A DNA stretch of 64,000 bases from Chitinophaga pinensis (lineage in GTDB: Bacteria > Bacteroidota > Bacteroidia > Bacteroidales > GCA-2748055): positions 6,655-70,654 of the forward strand of contig CAMAZH010000005.1 of assembly GCA_945863035.1 (NCBI GenBank). The letters are read 5' to 3'. The position numbers were made by a program, and so were the translations under genes. This document shows, piece by piece, positions 19,940-28,901 of the stretch. Position 1 is the stretch's first letter, and each line of letters starts with the position of its first letter. The notes under the pieces were generated by a model. That model was given only the letters and a program-made list of their open reading frames with translations. It was not told the DNA's origin and did not search any database.

Positions 19940-20791
19940 ATGATTCGAAAAGTTCTGATCATCTGTTTTGTGTTTTTTGGTCTTTTGGCATCATGCCGGC
20001 AAATAAACAAGTTGGAGCCGGAAAAACCGATTGCCAGGGTTTATGATTTGTACCTCTACCCTTCGGATCTTGTGCGCCGCATACCGGAAGGAGCCTCATC
20101 AGAGGACAGTATCCGCATGGCCCGAAGGCTTACTGAAGAGTGGGTGCGAGAGAAACTTCTTTTGAACCGGGCTGAACAGTACCTTTCAGAGGAACAAAAA
20201 GATGTGGATAAGCAAATTGAGGAATACAGGTCTTCTCTCCTTACATTCATCTACAAGCAAAAACTCCTGACCCAGAACCTGGATACAGTAGTAAACGACC
20301 AGGAGCTTCAATCGTACTACGATCTCAACTCATCGAATTATATTCTCGACACGGATGTTGTTAAGGTTAATTACGTGAAGGTCCCGGTGGATGCGCCTCA
20401 GATCAGCGACATCCGGCGCTGGTATCGGTCGGAATTAGCCGAGGATCTCGACAATCTCGAGAAATACTGTATTGTCTATGCGAGTAACTATATGATTCAC
20501 GGGGAAAAGTGGTTCCGTTTTACCAACCTGATTAATGCCACTCCCCTGAGAGTCGATAATCCTTCAAATTATCTGAACGCAAATAAAAACATTGAGACAA
20601 GCGACGCCTCTTACCACTACTTCATTCATATCATCGACAGGGTTAAGGAAGGACAGGTAGCCCCGTTGGATCTTGTGAAAGACGACATTCAAAGCGTTAT
20701 CATCAATAAGAGAAAAATCAGGTTTATGGAAGACCTGGAAAACTCCGTTTACAAAGACGGTCGCGCCAACAACAAAGTAGAAATATACTAA
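19940..20791 (+). CDS. Hypothetical lipoprotein, SurA-N-terminal-like chaperone domain
   Basis: 283 aa with the lipobox FGLLASC. It is helical and charged. It is sandwiched 4 nt after one PPIase gene and before another. No parvulin motif is seen. Confidence 0.45.
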   Translation: MIRKVLIICFVFFGLLASCRQINKLEPEKPIARVYDLYLYPSDLVRRIPEGASSEDSIRMARRLTEEWVREKLLLNRAEQYLSEEQKDVDKQIEEYRSSLLTFIYKQKLLTQNLDTVVNDQELQSYYDLNSSNYILDTDVVKVNYVKVPVDAPQISDIRRWYRSELAEDLDNLEKYCIVYASNYMIHGEKWFRFTNLINATPLRVDNPSNYLNANKNIETSDASYHYFIHIIDRVKEGQVAPLDLVKDDIQSVIINKRKIRFMEDLENSVYKDGRANNKVEIY

Positions 20792-20916
20792 AACAGCAAA
20801 TCGAAACTCTCATGATTGATTTCAACTCTCACCTGACATTGCTTTAAACAATCAGGTGAGGTACTCCGTCATAGGCAGACAAGCTATACAAGCTTTAAAA
20901 TCAAAATTATACCAGA

Positions 20917-22275
20917 ATGAAATACATTTCAAAAAAAATCCTCTCTTTAAGCGCGCTATTTTTTTTCAGCTTTCTGGGCGTTAGTGCTCAGGGGTTTATA
21001 GTCGACAGAGTGGTAGCCGTTGTGGGTGATTTCACCATTCTTCAATCCGATATAGAGCAACAATATCTTCAATACAGAGCTCAGGGATACACCATGCCCG
21101 ACATGAAATGCCTTATATTCAAAGAGTTTCTTGAAGAAAAACTACTCTTGAATCAGGCCAAAATCGACAGTATCGAGATTTCTGAGTCGAACGTGGAGAT
21201 GCAGCTCGATCAGAGGCTAAACTATTTTATCAGCCAGATTGGATCACAGAAAGAGCTCGAAGAATACTTTAACAAAACCACTCTTCAGATCAAGGATGAC
21301 TTTCGTGAGATGATCCGCAACCAGATGCTCACACAGAAAATGCAGCAGGAAATTACAGGAACCGTAAAAATAACCCCTTCTGAGGTAAAAGCCTACTACA
21401 ACAGTATTCCTAAAGACAGCATCCCAAATATCGACGCCAAGGTAGAAATGGAGCAGATTGTTGTATACCCCAAGTTAAGTGAGGATGCTGTTTTCGAGGT
21501 TCGGGAAAAACTTCTGGATCTCCGGAAAAGAATTATGGAAGGAGAGAGTTTCGAGACCCTCGCAATTTTATATTCCTCCGACGGCTCCGCATCAAATGGT
21601 GGAGAAATTGGATATATGGCCAAAGGAGAACTCGATTCGGAATATGCAAAAGCGGCCTTCAGTCTCAGGAAAGGACAGGTATCGAAAATCGTTGAGTCAC
21701 AGTTCGGTTACCATTTGATCCAGCTCATCGACCGAAAAGACGACAGGATAAATACCCGGCACATACTCATGAATCCGCGCATAACCCCCGACGCACGCAA
21801 AAGAGCCACTTCGAGACTTGACAGCATTTTGGTTCTAATTCGCGCCGACAGTTTGGAGTTTGGAATGGCTGCCCGTGTGTATTCCGAAGACAAAAACACC
21901 AACATGAACAAGGGACTCCTCGTAAATCCCAATGACAACTCTGCTTTTTTCGAATTGAAACAGCTCGATTCAAAAGATTATCTCGTGGTCAGGGATTTGA
22001 AAATCGGTGAGATTTCAAATCCCTATGAGTCGATAGACGAAAATGGCAAACCACTCTATAAGATTGTAAGGCTCAAGTCGAAAACGGATCCCCATAAAGC
22101 AAACATGAAGCAAGATTACACACTTCTTCAGGACATGGCGTTGGCCGATAAAAAGCAAAGGGTTGTTGAAGACTGGATTCGTGAAAAGCAAGGCGAGACT
22201 TTTTTTCACATCGATGACAGCATGCGTGAGTGCGACTTCCTGAAAAAGGGCTGGCTCGAATTAAAAAAACAATAA
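20917..22275 (+). CDS. surA: SurA-like periplasmic chaperone / peptidyl-prolyl isomerase
   Basis: 452 aa with a signal peptide. It has a SurA_N-like region and the parvulin motif GGEIGYMAKGELDSEYAKAAF...SQFGYHLIQL. Confidence 0.75.
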   Translation: MKYISKKILSLSALFFFSFLGVSAQGFIVDRVVAVVGDFTILQSDIEQQYLQYRAQGYTMPDMKCLIFKEFLEEKLLLNQAKIDSIEISESNVEMQLDQRLNYFISQIGSQKELEEYFNKTTLQIKDDFREMIRNQMLTQKMQQEITGTVKITPSEVKAYYNSIPKDSIPNIDAKVEMEQIVVYPKLSEDAVFEVREKLLDLRKRIMEGESFETLAILYSSDGSASNGGEIGYMAKGELDSEYAKAAFSLRKGQVSKIVESQFGYHLIQLIDRKDDRINTRHILMNPRITPDARKRATSRLDSILVLIRADSLEFGMAARVYSEDKNTNMNKGLLVNPNDNSAFFELKQLDSKDYLVVRDLKIGEISNPYESIDENGKPLYKIVRLKSKTDPHKANMKQDYTLLQDMALADKKQRVVEDWIREKQGETFFHIDDSMRECDFLKKGWLELKKQ

Positions 22276-22300
22276 TACAGCCTCTCTCATTTATTGCATT

Positions 22301-23821
22301 ATGGGAAGAAAAGTAAATAAAGTCCAGTTTCTTTTGATCTTCCTCATTTACATTATGTGGCAGGGCGGCTTGGTTCATGCACAGAAAACCAAAACAATTA
22401 TTATCGATAACGCCGATATTACCGAATTTGATAATACCGGGGGAGCTCAACGTTCGAGGATGCTGGGAAATGTTAAGTTCCGCCATGAGGATGTGTTCAT
22501 GTCGTGCGACAGTGCTCATTTCTTCCCCGACATCAACGTTCTTGATGCTTTTAGCCGCGTTCATATCTGGCGCGGAGACACTCTCGATTTGTATGGGGAT
22601 TTCCTCAAGTACAAGGGCAATGTAAGAATTGCAGAGGTCCGAAGGAATGTTGTCCTCGACGATAAAGAGAACCATCTTACCACCGACAACATCGATTACG
22701 ACCTGAACAGCGATCTGGGGTATTATTTCAACGGGGGAAAGATTGAAAATGGCGAAAACACACTTATAAGCGAGGTTGGCTATTATTACTCAAAGGAGAA
22801 ACTTTTTTTCTTCAAAGACTCGGTTAAGATTGTCAATCCCGATTATACGATGTATTCCGACACGCTTAAATACAACACCGTTTCGGAGGTTGCTTATTTC
22901 TTGGGCCCCACAGACATTATCAGCGAGGAAAACTATATTTATTGCGAAAACGGCTGGTACGACACCCGAAACAACATTTCACAGTTTAACAAAAACGCTT
23001 TTCTGCAGAACAAGGAAAAGATTCTCAAAGGCGACAGCATTTATTATGAGAGGGAAACCGGCCTTGGAAAAGCCTTTATGAATGTTGAGCTCATAGACAC
23101 CCTTCAAAACATGGTGCTCACAGGGCATTATGCTATTTACGAGGAGCTATCCGATTACGCAATGCTTACCGACAGTGCCCTGATGATTCAGATCGACAAA
23201 GGGGACAGTTTGTTTGTTCATGCCGACACGCTTTGGACGGTTGCCGATACCATACCTGAAAAGAAGCTTATAAAGGCCTATTACCATGTGAAGATTTTCC
23301 GCAGCGATCTTCAGGGGAAGTGCGATTCGCTGGTTTATGCAGAGAACGACTCGACCTTCAGGTTCTATGGCGAACCGGTGTTATGGTCGGATGAGAACCA
23401 ACTAACTGCAGAATTCATAAGTATTGAGACTAAAGCCAAAGGTCTGCATAAAATCAACATGAGATCCGAAGCATTTATAATATCGAAGGAGGATACAAGT
23501 AAATTCAATCAAATCAAAGGGAGAGACATGCAAGGTTGGTTCAGGGAAAACGAGTTGCACATGATCGATGTGAACGGCAACGGGCAGACAATTTATTATG
23601 CGAAGGATAAGGGTGAATTGCAGGGAGTAAACAAGGCAGAGAGCGCGAACCTGAAAATCTACCTGAAAGACAGGAAGATCGAGAAGATCAATTTCATAAC
23701 AAAACCCGACGCCACCTATTTCCCTCTTGAAAAATTTCCTCCGGCTGCGTCGAAGCTTGAAGACTTCAAATGGTTAGACGAATATCGCCCAAAAAGCCGT
23801 CAGGATGTTTTTAGGTGGTAA
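22301..23821 (+). CDS. OstA/LptA-like repeated beta-jellyroll protein
   Basis: 506 aa with a signal peptide. It has repeated LptA/OstA_N-like segments (GNVKFRHEDVFMSCDSAHFF, GNVRIAEVRRNVVLDD). It follows the SurA-like genes, as in Bacteroidales outer-membrane-biogenesis clusters. Confidence 0.55.
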   Translation: MGRKVNKVQFLLIFLIYIMWQGGLVHAQKTKTIIIDNADITEFDNTGGAQRSRMLGNVKFRHEDVFMSCDSAHFFPDINVLDAFSRVHIWRGDTLDLYGDFLKYKGNVRIAEVRRNVVLDDKENHLTTDNIDYDLNSDLGYYFNGGKIENGENTLISEVGYYYSKEKLFFFKDSVKIVNPDYTMYSDTLKYNTVSEVAYFLGPTDIISEENYIYCENGWYDTRNNISQFNKNAFLQNKEKILKGDSIYYERETGLGKAFMNVELIDTLQNMVLTGHYAIYEELSDYAMLTDSALMIQIDKGDSLFVHADTLWTVADTIPEKKLIKAYYHVKIFRSDLQGKCDSLVYAENDSTFRFYGEPVLWSDENQLTAEFISIETKAKGLHKINMRSEAFIISKEDTSKFNQIKGRDMQGWFRENELHMIDVNGNGQTIYYAKDKGELQGVNKAESANLKIYLKDRKIEKINFITKPDATYFPLEKFPPAASKLEDFKWLDEYRPKSRQDVFRW

Positions 23822-23842
23822 AGCAGAATGTCGATACAAATT

Positions 23843-23886
23843 AAAAAAAGAGGTTGGCCCGTTTTTGAGCCAACCTCTTTTTTTGT
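23843..23886. terminator. Bidirectional rho-independent terminator
   Basis: The sequence is AAAAAAAGAGGTTGGC-ccgtttttga-GCCAACCTCTTTTTTT. It is a 10-bp GC-containing stem flanked by an A-run and a T-run. It lies between convergent genes ending at 23821 (+) and 23893 (-). Confidence 0.85.
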
Positions 23887-23892
23887 AGGTTT

Positions 23893-24114
23893 TCAGTATT
23901 CGTCCTCGTTGAAGAAGAAGTCATCCTTGCTGGGGTAATCAGGCCAGATATCTTCAATGCTTTCGTAAATATCACCTTCGTCCTCAATTTCCTGCAGGTT
24001 TTCGATCACCTCCAGAGGCGCACCCGAACGGATGGCATAATCAATAAGTTCTTCTTTACTCGCAGGCCAGGGGGCGTCTTCAAGTTTTGAAGCTAATTCT
24101 AGTGTCCAATACAT
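23893..24114 (-). CDS. DUF2795-like small acidic protein
   Basis: 73 aa. MYWTLELASKLEDAPWPASKEELIDYAIRSGAPLEVIENL matches my recollection of the DUF2795 signature. Confidence 0.55.
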   Translation of the reverse strand: MYWTLELASKLEDAPWPASKEELIDYAIRSGAPLEVIENLQEIEDEGDIYESIEDIWPDYPSKDDFFFNEDEY

Positions 24115-24185
24115 AATAAATATCTTAATATGCTAATTACGGTCTATTTCCAACTTTTTCGCAAATATATAAACTTTTTCCATAT

Positions 24186-24734
24186 TTACAAGTCTGGTTT
24201 CCAAGGAATCTCCACAGCATTCAATTCTTTGGAAATGAGACGGGATAGCACAAACAGGAAGTCCGAAAGCCTGTTGAGGTATTTTATGACAAGGGTGTCG
24301 GTATGGGTTTTTTCCGGCAAAAGGATTGTTTTGCGTTCTGCTCTGCGGCAAATAGTTCTTGCGACATGGCAATGCGACACTACAGGATGACCGCCTGGCA
24401 GTATAAATGACCTGAGTGGAGTTAGTTGGGACTCCATTAAATCAATCTCTTTTTCAAGAAACACGATATCTTTTTCATAAATTTTGGGAAGGCCTTCTTT
24501 AAACTCGTCACCCTCTGCAGCAAGGAGCGATGCCGCTACCATAAGCCTGTCTTGAATTCCAATCAGAACCTGACGATAATATTCGTTCTGGAATGAATCC
24601 CTTAAAAGTCCGCAATAAGCAATCAGTTCGTCAACCGTGCCGTAAGCTTCAATTCTATCATCCGATTTAAGAACCCTCCTCCCTCCAATCAATGATGTTT
24701 TCCCGGTGTCTCCGGTTTTAGTGTAAATCTTCAT
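24186..24734 (-). CDS. PduO-type ATP:cob(I)alamin adenosyltransferase
   Basis: The internal ATG gives MKIYTKTGDTGKTSLIGGRRVLKSDDRIEAYGTVDEL, the conserved PduO-type N-terminus. Confidence 0.85.
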   Translation of the reverse strand: MKIYTKTGDTGKTSLIGGRRVLKSDDRIEAYGTVDELIAYCGLLRDSFQNEYYRQVLIGIQDRLMVAASLLAAEGDEFKEGLPKIYEKDIVFLEKEIDLMESQLTPLRSFILPGGHPVVSHCHVARTICRRAERKTILLPEKTHTDTLVIKYLNRLSDFLFVLSRLISKELNAVEIPWKPDL

Positions 24735-24750
24735 ACTACTTTTTTTTACC

Positions 24751-25461
24751 CTAAACAACAGACCCTATGTGATGTTCATTAATAACATCAGAATCGATAA
24801 AGCCATCTTTCAACCGAATGATGCGATGCGCATGCCGTGCGATTTCCTCTTCATGGGTTACCAGAATCATGGTATTTCCCTGTCGGTGTATTTCGCCAAA
24901 AAGATTCATAATGTCGATTGAGGTCTTGGAGTCAAGATTACCCGTAGGCTCATCCGCAAGAATGATGGAAGGGTTGTTCACCATAGCCCTGGCAACAGCA
25001 ACACGCTGCCTTTGACCGCCAGAAAGCTCATTGGGCTTGTGATGCCCACGGTCCGACAGGGCAACGTCTTCAATTACCTTTTTTGCCCTGACAATCCTGT
25101 CGGCTTTGTTCATCCCGGCATAGATCAATGGGAGCATAACGTTTTCAAGGGCTGTATACCGAGGCAGCAGGTTAAATGTCTGAAACACGAAACCGATCTC
25201 GCTATTTCTGATTTCTGCCAGCTCATTGTCCTGCATTTTACTCACATCGGTTCCGTTAAGCACATATTTTCCGCTGGTTGCCGTATCAAGACAGCCTAAA
25301 AGATTCATCAGGGTCGATTTCCCCGAACCCGAAGGCCCCATAATGGCAACGTATTCATTTCTTTTTATCTCGAGGGAGATAGACTGCAGCGCTTTTACAA
25401 CGATTGTTCCTATCATGTAATTCTTAACTACATTCTCGAGATGGATAATTGTGTCGTTCAT
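24751..25461 (-). CDS. ABC transporter ATP-binding protein (MacB/LolD-like); no adjacent permease
   Basis: Walker A is GPSGSGKST. The signature is [14 protein letters not shown]. Walker B is [12 protein letters not shown]. Confidence 0.9.
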   Translation of the reverse strand: MNDTIIHLENVVKNYMIGTIVVKALQSISLEIKRNEYVAIMGPSGSGKSTLMNLLGCLDTATSGKYVLNGTDVSKMQDNELAEIRNSEIGFVFQTFNLLPRYTALENVMLPLIYAGMNKADRIVRAKKVIEDVALSDRGHHKPNELSGGQRQRVAVARAMVNNPSIILADEPTGNLDSKTSIDIMNLFGEIHRQGNTMILVTHEEEIARHAHRIIRLKDGFIDSDVINEHHIGSVV

Positions 25462-25479
25462 TTTTTATTTTTTCATTTC

Positions 25480-25612
25480 TCACTTCGACAAGCTCACTTC
25501 GACAAGCTCAGTGGCCTGTCATTTTAATATCTACAAACTCATTTCGACAAGCTCAGTGGCCTGTCTTTTAATATCTACAAACTCATTTCGACAAGCTCAG
25601 TGGCCTGTCATT
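25480..25612. repeat. 44-45 bp intergenic tandem repeat (~2.6 copies plus a 16-bp partial copy)
   Basis: The unit is TTCGACAAGCTCAGTGGCCTGTC(A)TTTTAATATCTACAAACTCAT, starting at ~25498, ~25543 and ~25587. CACTTCGACAAGCTCA is also duplicated at ~25480. It lies between the methyltransferase stop (25700) and the ABC ATPase start (25461). Confidence 0.85.
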
Positions 25613-25699
25613 CTCTTTTTGATAAACTCTGCAAAGCCTTAAATCTTTTAATATCTGTACTAAATTACTCATATTAACGAAAAACTCTCCAATTAATTA

Positions 25700-26482
25700 T
25701 TAAAAGTTAATCACAAAATCCTGTTTTGGGATACCTCCCCTGAAAAAAACAATGCCCATAAAAAACAGGTCAACGCTAATCACAACGGTCGGGTCACGGC
25801 GAATTTCGTCCCAGGCTTTTTCCATATCGTCCGACCACCGGATATCGTCAAAAACAATAAACGATTCCTCATTGATATATTTTTTGATTTGCGCATAATA
25901 ATCCATGGTTTTTCCATAGCTGTGATCCCCGTCCACAAAGACCAAAACAGGATGTCTGGCATCGGCCAAAATCCCTGGGAGCAATTCATTGAACAAGCCC
26001 TTGTGCAATGTTACATTATCCGCCCCGATCTGTTCGAGAAAACGGCCAGCAAACGCCAATTTTTCCGGATCCGCCTCTATGCTGATTACCCGGGATTGGC
26101 GAGAGGCTATTGCGAGGTAAGCTGTGCTGATCCCGATTCCCGTTCCCAGCTCGATAATTGTGGCAGGTTTGAATTCGTTTACCAGGTAGTAGATAACACG
26201 TCCGTACTTGTGCCTCAGACTCGATTTCCGAACAATTTGGCCCACGCTACGTCCCTTTGATTTATGAGACTTTGAGCCTGCCCCGGTATCCCTTGTGCTG
26301 ACAATGCGCTGCTCCCTCGACAATTTCTTGCGCCATACCGAAAGTTTCTTCAGTTCAGCATCGTCTCTCCCGGCAAGTACCTTGCAAACCAGATTGAAAA
26401 CAAAGGGCGAATGCACCCCAAAACCTTTGCGGTGTGGGGCAAACAACTTGTAATAGATAAACCGGAGTGCGATTTTGATCAT
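25700..26482 (-). CDS. Class I SAM-dependent methyltransferase (O-methyltransferase family 3-like)
   Basis: 260 aa. SAM motif I is IIELGTGIGISTAYLA. The sequence continues VFVDGDHSY...FDDIRW. Confidence 0.7.
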   Translation of the reverse strand: MIKIALRFIYYKLFAPHRKGFGVHSPFVFNLVCKVLAGRDDAELKKLSVWRKKLSREQRIVSTRDTGAGSKSHKSKGRSVGQIVRKSSLRHKYGRVIYYLVNEFKPATIIELGTGIGISTAYLAIASRQSRVISIEADPEKLAFAGRFLEQIGADNVTLHKGLFNELLPGILADARHPVLVFVDGDHSYGKTMDYYAQIKKYINEESFIVFDDIRWSDDMEKAWDEIRRDPTVVISVDLFFMGIVFFRGGIPKQDFVINF

Positions 26483-26674
26483 AACGGTTATTAGACAATA
26501 AAAATAGACAAATTATTCTCACCCTCGGGATGAATTTATCGAATTCTGCAGCCAGCATTACCCAGTCGAAAATCTTTTGTTTGGGTTTACAAAAGGGTGA
26601 CGGTTAATAACCTGTTAATAGCTGTGAAATATGCATCGCTTTTTTTTCCGATCTTTACGCTGTTATTCAAGCTT

Positions 26675-28777
26675 ATGCAGGAATTTCTTGAGCAAGACAT
26701 ACAATTTTTGCCCGGAGTTGGGCCCAAACGTGCAGAAATCCTAAAAAAGGAACTACAAATTGCAACGTTCAGGGATTTGCTATACCATTTCCCCTACCGA
26801 TATATCGACCGCACCCGCATTTACACTATCTCTGAACTGAACCCCGAACTTCCGATAATCCAACTTAAGGGAAAGATCACGGGGTATGAAAAATCAGGGA
26901 ATAAAGGAAAAAAACGATTGGTAGCCGGCTTCACAGATGGCACAGGAAGCATTGAACTTCTGTGGTTCCGGGGAGAGAAATGGATTGTCGATACCTACAA
27001 GCCTGGGATCGAATATATTGTTTTTGGCAAACCCACTGTTTTTAACGGTCAGATAAACATCGTGCACCCCGATATCGACGATGTTTCGAAATCCCGGGAA
27101 CTGCTTACCCGGCTGCAACCCATGTACAGCAGCACGGAGAAGCTGAAGGACAATTTTCTGAACTCCAAGTCGCTACACAAGTTGGTAAACAGTATGCTTG
27201 AACTCTCGGCCGGAAAAATTGCAGAAACGCTGCCTGTCTGGCTACTTAATGAGGCCTCGCTGATTTCGCTCCCCAAGGCACTGCAGAACATTCATTTCCC
27301 ATCCGACACGCCCACCCTGCAAAAAGCGGAAACAAGGTTGAAGTTTGAGGAGCTTTTTTTCCTCCAGCTCAATATTCTGAGGATAAGGGCCGGTCGCATA
27401 ATGAGTTTTAAGGGATATGTTTTCTCGAAGGTGGGCGACAACTTCAACTGCTTTTACAAGGAGAACCTTCCCTTCGAGCTGACAAATGCCCAGAAGAAAG
27501 TTCTGAAGGAAATCCGTCGCGACATGGGCACGGGAAAGCAGATGAACCGGCTGTTGCAGGGCGATGTGGGAAGCGGAAAAACGCTGGTGGCCCTTATGAG
27601 TATGCTGATTGCCCTGGACAACGGCTATCAGGCTGCTTTTATGGCTCCCACTGAGATCCTTGCAATTCAGCATTTCCGAACCCTTACCCGGTTTCTGGCG
27701 GGACTGGACATACGGGTAGAGCTTCTCACCGGTTCCTCAAAAAAAGCTGAGCGCACACGGATTCACGAGGCCCTCGAAAACGGCAGTTTGCAAATACTTG
27801 TGGGAACGCACGCACTGATTGAAGACAAAGTAAAATTTAAAGATCTGGGACTGGTTATCATCGACGAACAACACCGCTTTGGAGTGGCGCAAAGGGCCCA
27901 ACTCTGGAAGAAAAGCGATACGGTTCCGCATGTGTTGGTAATGACCGCAACGCCAATCCCCCGAACCCTCGCCATGACGCTTTACGGAGATCTTGACGTA
28001 TCGGTAATTGACGAACTTCCCCCGGGAAGAAAACCAATAAAGACAATACACATAACCGATTCGAAACGACTCCGGATGCATGGTTTTTTGAAAGAGCAGA
28101 TAGCGGCGGGAAGACAAATTTATATCGTGTACCCACTGATATCGGAATCGGAGAAGATGGATTACAAGGATCTTTCCGATGGGTATGAAAGTATCACCAG
28201 AGCCTTTCCTCCCCCGAAATACCAGGTAAGTGTAGTGCATGGCAAGATGAAATCGGAGGAAAAAGAAATTTCCATGAAACATTTCAAGGAAGGCCGCACG
28301 CATATAATGGTTGCAACCACAGTAATCGAAGTCGGAGTAGATATTCCCAACGCATCGGTAATGGTTATTGAGAGCACTGAGCGCTTCGGACTGTCGCAGC
28401 TTCACCAGCTAAGGGGGCGTGTGGGACGCGGAGCCGACCAGTCGTATTGCATACTGATGTCGGGCTACAAGCTTTCTGCCGATGCGAAAAAGCGGATCGA
28501 GACCATGGTGCGGACCAACGACGGTTTTGAAATTGCCGAAACCGACCTGCAACTTCGGGGTCCCGGTGATATGGAAGGTACCCAGCAGAGCGGGGAAGCC
28601 TTTGACCTGAAAATTGCCCATATCGGCAAAGACGGCCAGATTTTGCAATATGCAAGAGACAAAGCCTCGAAGATTATTGATGACGATCCGGAACTGAATA
28701 AAGAATCAAACCTACTTTTAAAGAAACAATTAAGGAAATTGTACCGAAACAATGTAAACTGGGGGGTTATTTCCTGA
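26675..28777 (+). CDS. recG: ATP-dependent DNA helicase RecG
   Basis: The internal ATG gives MQEFLEQDIQFLPGVGPKRAEILKKEL. The wedge/OB region is followed by GDVGSGKT, DEQHRFG and QLHQLRGRVGRG. Confidence 0.93.
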   Translation: MQEFLEQDIQFLPGVGPKRAEILKKELQIATFRDLLYHFPYRYIDRTRIYTISELNPELPIIQLKGKITGYEKSGNKGKKRLVAGFTDGTGSIELLWFRGEKWIVDTYKPGIEYIVFGKPTVFNGQINIVHPDIDDVSKSRELLTRLQPMYSSTEKLKDNFLNSKSLHKLVNSMLELSAGKIAETLPVWLLNEASLISLPKALQNIHFPSDTPTLQKAETRLKFEELFFLQLNILRIRAGRIMSFKGYVFSKVGDNFNCFYKENLPFELTNAQKKVLKEIRRDMGTGKQMNRLLQGDVGSGKTLVALMSMLIALDNGYQAAFMAPTEILAIQHFRTLTRFLAGLDIRVELLTGSSKKAERTRIHEALENGSLQILVGTHALIEDKVKFKDLGLVIIDEQHRFGVAQRAQLWKKSDTVPHVLVMTATPIPRTLAMTLYGDLDVSVIDELPPGRKPIKTIHITDSKRLRMHGFLKEQIAAGRQIYIVYPLISESEKMDYKDLSDGYESITRAFPPPKYQVSVVHGKMKSEEKEISMKHFKEGRTHIMVATTVIEVGVDIPNASVMVIESTERFGLSQLHQLRGRVGRGADQSYCILMSGYKLSADAKKRIETMVRTNDGFEIAETDLQLRGPGDMEGTQQSGEAFDLKIAHIGKDGQILQYARDKASKIIDDDPELNKESNLLLKKQLRKLYRNNVNWGVIS

Positions 28778-28901
28778 TTCGACGAATTGAAACCCCGGAG
28801 CCTACAGAAGTTGGAAAGAAATGTTTTGGGCAAAGGGATAAAAACAAAAAAAGCTCTGCGACACTTCGAATAGACCGAGTGTTGAGGAAAACAATAAAAA
28901 A

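Noticed and set aside
20828-20860. A hairpin (CTCACCTGA...TCAGGTGAG) between the 283-aa lipoprotein gene and the SurA-like gene, considered as a terminator.
   Set aside because: The stem is imperfect and no U-tract follows. The flanking genes look like one functional cluster, so I did not call it as a feature.
25480-25612. Whether the 44-45 bp tandem repeat could be a small CRISPR array.
   Set aside because: The whole 44-45 bp unit repeats, with no variable spacer between conserved repeats. There are fewer than 3 copies and no cas genes.
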